From: a virus
Length of the DNA: 64,000 bases
Strand: one strand, 5' to 3'
Virus record (IMG/VR): IMGVR_UViG_3300027969_000063
Coordinates: 1 to 64,000 of that record
Position numbers and translations under genes: made by a program. Positions 1 through 9,572 of the stretch are shown here, piece after piece (the first letter of the stretch is position 1; each line of letters begins with the position of its first letter). The notes below the pieces were generated by a model, which worked only from the letters and a program-made list of their open reading frames with translations, was not told the DNA's origin and did no database searches.

Positions 1-256
1 GAGCCCATGATGAATCTTTCATAGGATCAACACCGATTTCTGCACCAAAAGGACCTAGACCATCACCATTGCAATCAATACGACCACACGAATACGATTG
101 AATAATCTCATTATACTCAAACGATTCACCAGCTTTTCTGCCAGTTAATTTAGAATCTTCGGTAAGTGTTCGTGTTACTCTTTTGGTTAATCCACGGTCA
201 ATATACCATTGCATATTGATAACACCCATCCAATTGGTTGAATATCTTACCGACAT
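1..256 (-). CDS. Hypothetical phage protein, runs off the window edge (MSVRYSTNWMGVINMQWYIDRG...)
   Basis: Manual translation; ATG at 256 overlaps the upstream TAA (TAATG coupling); open to position 1. Confidence 0.65.
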   Translation of the reverse strand, partial: MSVRYSTNWMGVINMQWYIDRGLTKRVTRTLTEDSKLTGRKAGESFEYNEIIQSYSCGRIDCNGDGLGPFGAEIGVDPMKDSSWA

Positions 257-429
257 TAGTATCTTTCACCAGTGTAAACTTCTTCATAGATTGATTTGAT
301 AACTTCACTCTCATGCTCATCGGCACAATATTCCAATACATCTTGAACCGTATATTGGCCAATATGAATAACTCTACCCGATTGAAATTCAACCATGTAA
401 ACTCTTTCAAAATCTGAATCATAACTCAT
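256..429 (-). CDS. Small acidic hypothetical protein, 57 aa (MSYDSDFERVYMVEFQSG...)
   Basis: Manual translation; ATGA overlap with 426..665 and TAATG overlap downstream; better coupled than track ORF 198..422. Confidence 0.7.
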   Translation of the reverse strand: MSYDSDFERVYMVEFQSGRVIHIGQYTVQDVLEYCADEHESEVIKSIYEEVYTGERY

Positions 430-665
430 ACAAAATCCTTTTCATCAAGGTGCCAACCTTCAGCACGCAACTGTTCACGACCACCATAGGTCTTTTTCAT
501 TTCATCCATAGCATTATGGATGGCATTAATTTGTTCAATCAACCAATCACGGTTGACCCATTGTTCTGGTGTTGATGACCGAGGACGATAACCAAAATAA
601 TCCTTATGAAAATCGGAATAATAAGATTGTAATTCATCAACACTCATGCCATCAAAATAACTCAT
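426..665 (-). CDS. Hypothetical early protein
   Basis: ORF track; stop/start overlaps with neighbours. Confidence 0.75.
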   Translation of the reverse strand: MSYFDGMSVDELQSYYSDFHKDYFGYRPRSSTPEQWVNRDWLIEQINAIHNAMDEMKKTYGGREQLRAEGWHLDEKDFV

Positions 666-1117
666 GCAATTTCCTTTACTTTACAAAACTCTGTAAACTC
701 TTTTAGATTACCTTTGAATATAAAATCATGTTTATCACTCATGGTGACACCAAACATATTACAACCACAATCAATCACTTCAACATACAAACCCTTACCA
801 CTATTATAAATGTGATATTCATAATCTTGGCCACAATCTTTTTCATCGGTTGAATAAATGTAAAAAGCACCAGGCGTTTCTTTAAAATGAGCAACCATAC
901 TAGCGGCCAAACAACCCATACCATTATAAACCAATTCTTCTGCCGTTTCTGTATAGATTAATCCATTCACCAAACGACCAGAACTCAAAAACTCTGCCAA
1001 CTCAGCACCATGACCAGTTGGATAACCATCAAACTGCCGGTACATATTAACTACTGGTTTTTGGACTTCATCATACTTTTCATATACAAATGTCAAACTT
1101 CTGGTACCCATAATCAT
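662..1117 (-). CDS. Conserved phage hypothetical protein (MGTRSLT...YRQFDGYP)
   Basis: ORF track; N-terminal MGTR..Y..DGYP motif typical of a widespread phage family. Confidence 0.75.
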   Translation of the reverse strand: MIMGTRSLTFVYEKYDEVQKPVVNMYRQFDGYPTGHGAELAEFLSSGRLVNGLIYTETAEELVYNGMGCLAASMVAHFKETPGAFYIYSTDEKDCGQDYEYHIYNSGKGLYVEVIDCGCNMFGVTMSDKHDFIFKGNLKEFTEFCKVKEIA

Positions 1118-1317
1118 TACCTCGCTAAATGTGTATTAAACTGCTCTTCATACATTTCTACAATACTCTCATCGTGGCATTCACGGAGATTATCTTTCAT
1201 TAATACTTTGGTCAATTCTAACAACTCTGATTTCTTCATCTTTTTAACCATAACCATATCATCTTCAACAATCTCAGCAATCAAACGGTTAATCATTCTG
1301 CTCATACACCTGCCCAT
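1117..1317 (-). CDS. Hypothetical early protein
   Basis: ORF track; coupled to neighbours. Confidence 0.6.
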   Translation of the reverse strand: MGRCMSRMINRLIAEIVEDDMVMVKKMKKSELLELTKVLMKDNLRECHDESIVEMYEEQFNTHLAR

Positions 1318-1628
1318 CTAATATGTTTAAATTCACCAGTCAATACATTACCACGGCCAAAATTACGAGCCGGTGCTTTCCAACTTGCCGACTTTAGAAT
1401 CTCACCTTGCTTAAACTGTTTATCATCATCAAGCATAATCCAAGAATGTGAAGAACGCTGACCAGCACTAAATTGACCAATATGTTTCATAATCACATGA
1501 GCATACTTACGACCAATCTCATAATAAAACTCTATGAATTGATTACCACCTCTACTATCATAATCTGCTTGTAGGTGTAATACATACTCTTGCAAACCAA
1601 TATCTAAATCTTTATACACATTACTCAT
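1302..1628 (-). CDS. Conserved T4-like phage hypothetical protein (GRKY...KSASWKAPA...RGN)
   Basis: Recognisable KxASWKAPA motif. Confidence 0.75.
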   Translation of the reverse strand: MSNVYKDLDIGLQEYVLHLQADYDSRGGNQFIEFYYEIGRKYAHVIMKHIGQFSAGQRSSHSWIMLDDDKQFKQGEILKSASWKAPARNFGRGNVLTGEFKHIRWAGV

Positions 1629-1848
1629 ATAATGTCACCTCGTCAATTTCCAAAGCATCTCTATCTTCATTAAAGCTTTTATCTTGCTTAATGTATGATT
1701 CGATCCATGCTTCAGCTTTTTCACGCTTGGTAAAAGCTTTGATGGTCATCCATTCCCAACCAACAAAATCAACCAATACACCAGATTTTACAACATAGAT
1801 ATTATTCATACCAACTTCTCTCAAAGAACTATTACTCATCGTTTTCAC
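1621..1848 (-). CDS. Hypothetical early protein (start probably internal)
   Basis: ORF track. Confidence 0.6.
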   Translation of the reverse strand: MKTMSNSSLREVGMNNIYVVKSGVLVDFVGWEWMTIKAFTKREKAEAWIESYIKQDKSFNEDRDALEIDEVTLYE

Positions 1849-2044
1849 CTCTAAGATAATCTAATGCTTCAATAACACAATCATCAGCACAACTCATCAA
1901 ACTGGCAATATTGGAGTTAACCTTCAACTCACCAGCAGCTTTGGCATTAGCCCAATGGTATACATCAGAAAGCAAATGCTGTGCCTGTTGCAACTTATCA
2001 ATCAATTCAATATTACTCATTAATGGCTCCTTGCATTTGCCCAA
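1832..2044 (-). CDS. Hypothetical early protein
   Basis: ORF track. Confidence 0.6.
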   Translation of the reverse strand: MGKCKEPLMSNIELIDKLQQAQHLLSDVYHWANAKAAGELKVNSNIASLMSCADDCVIEALDYLRGENDE

Positions 2045-2340
2045 TGAACGCCACGCTTAAAAGCATCACGCTCAATACGAATTTCCCTAGTATCACGGTC
2101 GCTACGCTGATATACATCAAAAGCATAAGCATCACGCTTACGGGTAGAATAACTACCATTAAAACGGGGACCACGAAAGCAAACATAATACTTGGTAAAA
2201 TCAATAAACCTTTTCACTTCTTCATACAAAGCAATTGGTGCTGCCTTATAAGTAGAACGAAAATTGGCTGGTGCCTGATAACTTTCTAATGCTTGACACA
2301 TTGCTATTTCTTTTAAACGATATTCCATATATACTTTCAA
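2020..2340 (-). CDS. Hypothetical early protein
   Basis: ORF track; fits the operon. Confidence 0.65.
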   Translation of the reverse strand: MKVYMEYRLKEIAMCQALESYQAPANFRSTYKAAPIALYEEVKRFIDFTKYYVCFRGPRFNGSYSTRKRDAYAFDVYQRSDRDTREIRIERDAFKRGVHWANARSH

Positions 2341-2382
2341 AAAGATGAGGTCTTATACCCGACAGGATGCCTCATTGAACCA

Positions 2383-2667
2383 TTATACTTTACTTAAATT
2401 TACCACTCTAAAATCAAATTCCATAAAACTGGTTTGATGCGGTACAAAAGCATACTGATCAACACGGTTTCTAGCAGTAACTTTGGTTTCGTATTTCTTA
2501 AACTTATCGACCGTTACTTTTATTTTGTATGAACTAAAACCGGACTCATGAGAATTGGCATCAATCACCACACCTTCAATAAATGCATCATCACGACCTG
2601 CCATTGGTTTAAAATCGTATGCTCTGATAATATCACCAACTGTTGCAATACCTTCAAATTTCAACAT
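2383..2667 (-). CDS. Hypothetical early protein (MLKFEGIA...)
   Basis: ORF track with start refined to the ATG after an AAGGA RBS; first gene after a promoter cassette. Confidence 0.7.
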   Translation of the reverse strand: MLKFEGIATVGDIIRAYDFKPMAGRDDAFIEGVVIDANSHESGFSSYKIKVTVDKFKKYETKVTARNRVDQYAFVPHQTSFMEFDFRVVNLSKV

Positions 2668-2690
2668 ATAATTCCTTCTCAACTAAAAAT

Positions 2691-2787
2691 ACCATTATAC
2701 AGGTACCACACTATACCACAAGCACTTTGTCATATTAGGCATGGTATACTTGGTCCTTACTTTTGGTAATGTTGTATCCACACAACA
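2691..2787 (-). promoter_or_regulatory. Early promoter cassette copy 1 (TATAAT -10, TTGTGG -35, upstream TGTTG-N8-CAACA)
   Basis: 97 bp, collinear with 4828-4924; palindrome at 2770-2787. Confidence 0.75.
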
Positions 2788-2986
2788 ATATCCGTTCAAC
2801 ATATAATTCCGCAATTGGTTGTGGATCTTCAAAACCACGCTGTAATGCAGTTAATTCAGTAATTACAAATTTCCATCTATTTCTGTCATTCACTTAATTG
2901 GTTCCTTAAATAGTTTAATAAATCCAATGCTGGCAATTACTAATAATGTACCAGTTAAGGCAAATAATACGATTAATACAGTTTGA

Positions 2987-3214
2987 CTAATCATCATTAT
3001 CTCCAAATACTGTTGAAATATCACGCTCACGCAATTCCGTTTCTAATTCATCATCAAAATACTCTTGATAACCTTTGAAACCAGAATATAGCATTTCTGC
3101 TATCATTGATTCATCATTAAATTCACCTTTCATGGTGAATATAGAATTAATATCATCGTTAATCAATGTTTCAATGGCTTTATCCCGCCATTCAGGTCTA
3201 AAACTAGTTACCAT
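2987..3214 (-). CDS. Acidic hypothetical protein
   Basis: ORF track. Confidence 0.65.
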   Translation of the reverse strand: MVTSFRPEWRDKAIETLINDDINSIFTMKGEFNDESMIAEMLYSGFKGYQEYFDDELETELRERDISTVFGDNDD

Positions 3215-3513
3215 TATTCTACCTCAGCATTTAAATAAGTTTCTAAATGACCAGATACTCTACCATCTTCTGCTGAATAGAATACATAATCACCCATTTC
3301 ATGGCGGAATTCTTTATCAACATATTCAAAACCACCATAATACTGTACCGCACGGTCATTTGCTTTATGAATAGCAATACAATCTGGTGATACAAACACC
3401 TTACCGCAACGAGGATCAAGTCCTAAACGATTTGCAGGCACCATTTCCATATTACCACCAACATAACTATCGGTCAATTCGGTAACTTCGTCAATCAATT
3501 TAAATAGATTCAT
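3214..3513 (-). CDS. Hypothetical protein (MNLFKLIDEV...YYGGFEYVD)
   Basis: ORF track, start refined. Confidence 0.65.
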   Translation of the reverse strand: MNLFKLIDEVTELTDSYVGGNMEMVPANRLGLDPRCGKVFVSPDCIAIHKANDRAVQYYGGFEYVDKEFRHEMGDYVFYSAEDGRVSGHLETYLNAEVE

Positions 3514-3514
3514 A

Positions 3515-3703
3515 TTAAAACTCCAACATATTATACAGTTTAGACATAATGACGGAGGTTGGATTATCATCCTCATCATCATTCCATTGTGGATAATCAT
3601 TTAATGCTTCATAGATTAAATCCATATCATCATCGGTCATGGTAACAGTATAATCTGCTTTACCTTCAACCGTTCTGGTAATGCTATAAATTGCTTTACT
3701 CAT
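3515..3703 (-). CDS. Acidic hypothetical protein
   Basis: ORF track. Confidence 0.6.
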   Translation of the reverse strand: MSKAIYSITRTVEGKADYTVTMTDDDMDLIYEALNDYPQWNDDEDDNPTSVIMSKLYNMLEF

Positions 3704-3994
3704 CAGTCATTTCCTCGATTTCGCCGATTTCATCATCGGACAGGTTAATGTTATACTGCTCAGCAAATAATGCTTTTACTTTGGTAATATATTCTGCTTC
3801 ATTCTCTGCTTCGAGATTATTACCATAAAATTGAACTGACACTACGCTACTAAATTCTTTCGTACTCATATAATACTCCTAGTTAATACTCACTAATGTA
3901 TATGCCATTAGTGAAAACATTGATAAAAACAGTATTGGTGCCAATAAATGGACAATCACCAATACCAATATAATAATTAATAATATTCTAATCA

Positions 3995-4765
3995 TTATGC
4001 CGCAATCTTAATAGTGAATTGATAATCACCAACGGGATATTTTACGAAACCACTTGTATCCTTCTTTGCCTTACCTTTGGCATATAGACCAACTACCACA
4101 CCTTTTGGATCTAGAAAGCGTAAATCACTTTCATCACCATTAAATACAGGCATATTAGAATTAAAGAATACCTTTGGCATTGGTGTATTCTTCTTAATAC
4201 CAAATACCGTAGCAATATTCATACCTTCAAGCACCGCCTGTTTGCAATCTAAGTAATTACCGTCTGCCATACTGAATGTAAGGTGATAATTAGCAATGCC
4301 TTTTACTTTACGACCAAGCACCTTGGTATAATCATAGAATTGAATATTATCAAAAGCTGAGAATATGTTAGTAAATACTACACCATCTTTGGTTACTGAA
4401 TACTTTTCCCATGATAAATCACTGGTGCCATTTAAACGGAATACTGGAATAAGACCTACTTTAGCAGATTGCTTAATCGCCAATTCAATATCTTTTACTA
4501 ATAATGACATAAACTCATCACGATTATCATAGAATAGGTTAGTTTTACGAATACGAGCTTTTTGAATATTATTAGTAAACTCACCTTTTTTAAACATACC
4601 ACCACGACCAGCAGTATTAAGGCAGGCAGATATACAACCTGCTGTCGCCTTAGGACAGGTATTATGACCTGATAATGTTGATGGTGCTAAATGTAGAATG
4701 TAGGTATTATAACCTTCCTTCATTCCTTTTAATGTTTTGGGATTACCCGTACTCAATAAATTCAT
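3995..4765 (-). CDS. GP88-like protein (Cys-rich, radical-SAM-like family)
   Basis: CPxAxxGCxxxCL, RLNGTSD, FYDYTK and NYHLTFS motifs. Confidence 0.7.
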   Translation of the reverse strand: MNLLSTGNPKTLKGMKEGYNTYILHLAPSTLSGHNTCPKATAGCISACLNTAGRGGMFKKGEFTNNIQKARIRKTNLFYDNRDEFMSLLVKDIELAIKQSAKVGLIPVFRLNGTSDLSWEKYSVTKDGVVFTNIFSAFDNIQFYDYTKVLGRKVKGIANYHLTFSMADGNYLDCKQAVLEGMNIATVFGIKKNTPMPKVFFNSNMPVFNGDESDLRFLDPKGVVVGLYAKGKAKKDTSGFVKYPVGDYQFTIKIAA

Positions 4766-4827
4766 AATATAACCTTTTCTAATAAAATCAATAATCAATA
4801 GAATACCGCAACTGCCGTACTTAAAAA

Positions 4828-4924
4828 ACCATTATACAGGCATTAGAATAGACCACAAGCAATATGGCATATTCTAATGACTATTCTTGGTGAATAATCA
4901 CTAACCTGTTGTATCCTCACAACA
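4828..4924 (-). promoter_or_regulatory. Early promoter cassette copy 2
   Basis: ATTATA at 4831-4836, CCACAA at 4853-4858, TGTTG-N8-CAACA at 4907-4924. Confidence 0.75.
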
Positions 4925-5020
4925 AGTAAAACTTATAATACATTATCTGGACGAATAGATTAAAGGCACAATATACACCAGTAATAATACATAATAATAC
5001 CGTCATATAATATACCTTTC

Positions 5021-5344
5021 TCATAATGGCGCCGCCTTAATCTCATGGTCACTCATTAATAAGGTATATACTGGATCGGTACGCCACCTTAATGTAATTG
5101 GATTATCTAGATTAACCGTGTAGATAATACGCTTACCATATACTCTACTGGATTCTACTTTACCAATAATCGCCTCATCCTTGAATAAACCAATTACCCG
5201 TGTATTATCTGCAATAAACTTCATATTATATCCTTTCAATACGAGCATTACTAAAACCATCATTAACCAGTGAAATATAACGATTATACGCTTCAGTATA
5301 ATTATCATATAATACCGACCTGAATGTATCACCAATCCAAACAA
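5021..5344 (-). CDS. Hypothetical protein (true start probably internal, MKFIADN)
   Basis: ORF track. Confidence 0.5.
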   Translation of the reverse strand: MFGLVIHSGRYYMIIILKRIIVIFHWLMMVLVMLVLKGYNMKFIADNTRVIGLFKDEAIIGKVESSRVYGKRIIYTVNLDNPITLRWRTDPVYTLLMSDHEIKAAPL

Positions 5345-6227
5345 AATAAAAATAACTCATAATGACCTTTCAATATTTAAATTACCACTCATAACCATAA
5401 ACTCCGTATCAATATCACTAAAATGATATGATAATGATACAACCAAACATAATACAATAATTTTCATACAAACTCCTAATAATATTACTAATAACCACTA
5501 TAATAATGGTTACTATAATATCACTATTCTATCAGATTAATAGCGTCCTGAATATCACCAGAAGCATTAATAAGATAAGATAATGGTGAATCCATATCGT
5601 CCAAATCATTATCATCTGGATAATCACCAATAACAGTATCGATTAACTCCTGTGCTTTCTCTAATAATACTACCATATCTGATTTAGATAAACTCATATA
5701 ATACCCCTTTAAATTGGTTGATTTTCTGATAGTATATCTTGGATTCTATCTCGCTGTTCCCATGTAAAATCATAAGAAAAACGAGATAATAACATACAAA
5801 TAATGCTTACTACAATATCATTTACCATATTAATGTCCACACGCTGTTAGAAAACGGTTAATATCGAATAATCTATTATCATTCTTAAACTGGACTGCCA
5901 GATTAGAACATAATAGAAAATCTGCTTTTGATTCAAATAACGATTTTGCTACGATAATATAATGCTTTTTACTCATAATAACTTCCTTTATAATAATTAA
6001 TAATAACCTTTATTACTTTTGGTAATATAGTCGCTAATATGGTCGCTGTATATGTGCTCTGTATTGGTCTTAATTTCTATTCCTGATTATCCTAGTGCGT
6101 CCTAGTTAATCCAAAAAGATATTCCGAGCATTATCTCATACTACCACAATAAATTATCTAATATAATCAATAACTTACTAATAATCTCTAAGCGTATCAG
6201 AGGTTATTATAAATCATCAATATGGTA

Positions 6228-6473
6228 TTAATTCATATCGTATTGAATTTCTTCTATAATCATATTCAATGCATCATTATAGTTATCGGTATAATCAATA
6301 CTGGTATAATCTTCATAATCACTATCAGCATTATGATATACTTCATATTGATTATCTCGTTCTACAAAATACCCGACCCGATTATCATTAAAATCATATA
6401 CTTCAAACTCATTTTCGGTACGGGATGCATATGATTGTAATACTTTATAATGGCGCTCTTTTTCTATTAACAT
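6228..6473 (-). CDS. Acidic, Tyr-rich hypothetical protein
   Basis: ORF track. Confidence 0.55.
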   Translation of the reverse strand: MLIEKERHYKVLQSYASRTENEFEVYDFNDNRVGYFVERDNQYEVYHNADSDYEDYTSIDYTDNYNDALNMIIEEIQYDMN

Positions 6474-6549
6474 ATTTTCTCTTTCATAATAAGTGGTAAT
6501 AATACTTACTAATATACTCTGATTATCTCAAAGCATATTATAAGCACTA

Positions 6550-6768
6550 TTAACTTGCCAATTTAGCAGTTAATTTCGCTAGTTTATCTTGAGCAGCTTT
6601 TATTTGCGCTTCGATTTTCGCTTTCTTTTCATTTTCTTTTGCTTGTTTTGCAAATACTGCCATTATCTTTTTATCTTTTACTTCCTCAGAGATAATAGAA
6701 CGGATTGTTTTAACTAATGCTTTTTTATCTGATAATGATAATGCTTGAATGGTGTCGATTAATAACAT
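6550..6768 (-). CDS. Basic coiled-coil hypothetical protein
   Basis: ORF track; AAGGA RBS. Confidence 0.65.
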   Translation of the reverse strand: MLLIDTIQALSLSDKKALVKTIRSIISEEVKDKKIMAVFAKQAKENEKKAKIEAQIKAAQDKLAKLTAKLAS

Positions 6769-6790
6769 ATAATTTCCTTTTAGTTTAATA

Positions 6791-7183
6791 TTAAAGTGAT
6801 ACGATTTTGGTTGATAATACAGTTAATGCTTTTACTGGTTTTCTCTTTGATTTTCTAGCATAATGGCAGATAATATGATTGCCACTATTAAGATAATCGA
6901 GAATATCTTTCTGGATTTGAATATCTTGCTTAATACGCTTATTCTCTACTGGTTTATCATATTGCTTATTAGTAAATCGTTTAGCAATATCATTACAAAT
7001 ATCATATTCGGACGGTATAATATCTGCTTTTTCTTTAGCGATTTTAATATCACGATTAACAGCATATAATAAGTGTTTTAATTCTGATAATGATAAATTT
7101 TCTATATTCATATAATACTCAATAATAATAATACATAATAAAGCGCAATAATCGTGCGCAGATTCGATTTTATTATTATACAC
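6791..7183 (-). CDS. Hypothetical protein (start probably internal, MNIENL)
   Basis: ORF track; lies downstream of the promoter at 7175-7202. Confidence 0.55.
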   Translation of the reverse strand: MYNNKIESAHDYCALLCIIIIEYYMNIENLSLSELKHLLYAVNRDIKIAKEKADIIPSEYDICNDIAKRFTNKQYDKPVENKRIKQDIQIQKDILDYLNSGNHIICHYARKSKRKPVKALTVLSTKIVSL

Positions 7184-7202
7184 GATTCCAGAAAAGAGTC
7201 AA
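7175..7202 (-). promoter_or_regulatory. sigma70-type early promoter TTGACT-16-TATAAT
   Basis: Motif seen in sequence. Confidence 0.55.
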
Positions 7203-7469
7203 GCGCTCATTTTTGATGCGGTATGCTATTGATTATATTGATAATAATACTGTAGCATTTTGGTCAAGTATTATTGAGGCGCTCTGAAATTGATAGTACA
7301 GCGCTAGAGGGGGTAAGGCGGAGAGATACAGAAAATCGACTGGGAGCGCAGACCTGGTATGAGCAGTATAATAAAAAAGCGCCACCTGGTCAAACCAAGA
7401 GTTTAGTAACTTTTTCACACGGTGATTTTTTGAGGAAATAGAAAATTTCCTGGAGGGGTTTCGTGATTC

Positions 7470-7760
7470 CTAATTTTTTTCCTGGATAGGAACCAGAGCC
7501 AATCTGTCTAGTCCACGGAGTTTATACACCGGTGATTCTTCCACAAGGTCCTCACAGACATACTCATTGGCATATGAAGAGAATACCCGCATGGTCACAC
7601 AGTCCTTGCCAGTAACGAAACTCAAAGCATGGTCAGTAGTGGATTTACCAGTCGTACCCCAAATCGCTGTGGATACTATGGTCGTTGGGTATTGAGTTAT
7701 TACAGCGCATCCGGAAAGGAGTGCTGGTATCACAGAAATCATAATATAAAAAATCTTCAT
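7470..7760 (-). CDS. Putative lipoprotein
   Basis: Signal peptide with lipobox LLSG-C. Confidence 0.65.
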   Translation of the reverse strand: MKIFYIMISVIPALLSGCAVITQYPTTIVSTAIWGTTGKSTTDHALSFVTGKDCVTMRVFSSYANEYVCEDLVEESPVYKLRGLDRLALVPIQEKN

Positions 7761-7766
7761 AATGTA

Positions 7767-8000
7767 TTAGTGGTCGTGTCTACATCCTTTTGGACAACCA
7801 CATATTTCCCATAATTTTACATAAGGTGTTAAATGAGCTAATGCCATGATTAACCACATAAGGGTCATTGATAAATCAGTACCACACATTAAAGGTGGTG
7901 AGTATATACTGTGTATAAACCCTACTAGGAATAGTGGTGCTGGTAAATATTTCAGTAATATCTTAGTGTAATAGAATAACTGTAATCTTCCTAGTTTCAT
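7767..8000 (-). CDS. Small membrane protein
   Basis: Two hydrophobic segments and a Cys-rich tail. Confidence 0.5.
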   Translation of the reverse strand: MKLGRLQLFYYTKILLKYLPAPLFLVGFIHSIYSPPLMCGTDLSMTLMWLIMALAHLTPYVKLWEICGCPKGCRHDH

Positions 8001-8175
8001 ACAGTTATTTATTTACTATCGTATTCTTGTATCCATACTAAGGCATCATCGAGATTCATCCAGTTACTAATAGGTTTATTCTTCATGTCCAACCATTGAT
8101 ACTCCAGAGTGCCTACTAACCATTTATTATTTTCATGGTCCCATCGAGCAGTCTGAGTATTCCTTTTCTTCAGAA

Positions 8176-8436
8176 TCATTCGAGTACATTATTAGAAGTA
8201 TCATATACACTATCTGATTCATACCAGTAATATTCTATGGCTTCTTTGGCCTTTTCGGAACTAATATACATTCCTAAGGTTTCACTATCTCTAGGGTTGG
8301 GATAAACTATACAAGAATACTTACTAGAGTTACCAGTACCGGTGATAGTCGTTTCAGCGATAATTCTACCTGTCTGGTTAACGTAGTAGTATAAATTGGG
8401 AAGGCCACCAGGAATCCAGGTTCTTTCGATTTTCAT
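8176..8436 (-). CDS. Hypothetical protein
   Basis: ORF track. Confidence 0.6.
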   Translation of the reverse strand: MKIERTWIPGGLPNLYYYVNQTGRIIAETTITGTGNSSKYSCIVYPNPRDSETLGMYISSEKAKEAIEYYWYESDSVYDTSNNVLE

Positions 8437-8437
8437 A

Positions 8438-8680
8438 TTAGTCGATAAAGATAGAAATGGCCAGATTCTTAATTACGTTACCGTGATAATCTTGGCAATC
8501 CCACAGATCCTCTGAGGAATTCTTTTGAGGCTTACAAAGAATACTATCCTCGGTTATAGTGAAAATATAAGGTTTACCAATATACGCATAGACCCCGGAA
8601 GCGCTGGCAAAAACCAGAAGTGTGAGAAGGACTAGGCCGGCCAGTTTCGATTTTACGTTTCGCATTATGTTTGTTTCCAA
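8438..8680 (-). CDS. Putative secreted or membrane-anchored protein
   Basis: N-terminal hydrophobic signal and a Cys pair. Confidence 0.55.
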   Translation of the reverse strand: METNIMRNVKSKLAGLVLLTLLVFASASGVYAYIGKPYIFTITEDSILCKPQKNSSEDLWDCQDYHGNVIKNLAISIFID

Positions 8681-8848
8681 TTTAATAGGTAGGTGGTTCT
8701 TTATATTCGTGTATAGAGCCTAAGATATGCATTGAAATAGTACCAGCAATTCCTTGTACTCTGAAATGGAAGTGTGTTGGTCCGTATTCTAAGTCTAACT
8801 CAATCTGTTCGGTGAGTGGTTGAAAATCTATATCGAGTTCCAACTGGT

Positions 8849-9079
8849 TCATTTAGGAGTCCTGTCATGGTAATCATTCAGAATACCAGCAACCAGATTA
8901 GCCACCAGTTTCAATCTCATTTCAAGGTCTGGATCATTTAAGTCTTTAACTGCTCTATGGCAATCATCAGCAATATTCATTAACTTAATAATAGTCCTAC
9001 TTCTTGGAATATTTTCCCTAGGCATGGCGCTCAATCTATCTTCGGTTGTAAATGTTGTCATGTCATTCTCCTGTAACAT
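8849..9079 (-). CDS. Hypothetical protein (MTTFTTEDR)
   Basis: ORF track; AGGAG RBS before the internal ATG. Confidence 0.6.
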   Translation of the reverse strand: MLQENDMTTFTTEDRLSAMPRENIPRSRTIIKLMNIADDCHRAVKDLNDPDLEMRLKLVANLVAGILNDYHDRTPK

Positions 9080-9122
9080 TCTGGTACCTATATATTAGTA
9101 TAAACACTAATAAGGATTTACA

Positions 9123-9239
9123 ATGAACTTTCTAAACACTATCTATTCTTTTTTCTGCGCAATGGGTAAAGCCAAGTATGCAGCTGAACTATCTCGTAAC
9201 GGTAAGTACAAAGAAGCTCAGGCACTTTACAGAAGTTAA
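9123..9239 (+). CDS. 38-aa counter-strand peptide MNFLNTIYSFFCAMGKAKYAAELSRNGKYKEAQALYRS
   Basis: Manual translation; AAGGA RBS; TATAAACA late-promoter-like motif upstream; fills an intergenic gap. Confidence 0.55.
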   Translation: MNFLNTIYSFFCAMGKAKYAAELSRNGKYKEAQALYRS

Positions 9240-9451
9240 TCTTTATAAGTAATCACTTCTCTTCGGTTGGCTTTTCTACATTCTTCGATTACTTGTGGTG
9301 GAACATCAGGATGCCAACCACCTATTAACATCTCACAATTATAACGGACTGTGAGGTGTTTGTCAAATTTATCATGGTAATCATTGTCATTTACCACAGC
9401 GTAGGCTACGGCAAGTAACATAATGAAACCGGTTATCTTTAGGGCTTCCAT
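9236..9451 (-). CDS. Small membrane-anchored protein
   Basis: N-terminal TM segment and a Cys pair. Confidence 0.6.
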   Translation of the reverse strand: MEALKITGFIMLLAVAYAVVNDNDYHDKFDKHLTVRYNCEMLIGGWHPDVPPQVIEECRKANRREVITYKD

Positions 9452-9572
9452 TATTGTGGTCTCTGTGATTTTAATTGGTTAATAACATTCTCTAATTCGG
9501 TACGCATGGCATTATTTTTAGGAATCCAAACGTATACTCTATGTAGGAAAGCAATTAATTGGTTGATATCCA

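Noticed and set aside
198-422. Track ORF, 74 aa
   Set aside because: Shadow frame; 256..429 and 1..256 give clean stop/start coupling
2013-2204. Very hydrophobic 63-aa ORF
   Set aside because: Alternative frame of 2020..2340 with no RBS seen; cannot support it
7233-7418. 61-aa ORF in the GC-richer patch
   Set aside because: No RBS and atypical composition; likely non-coding
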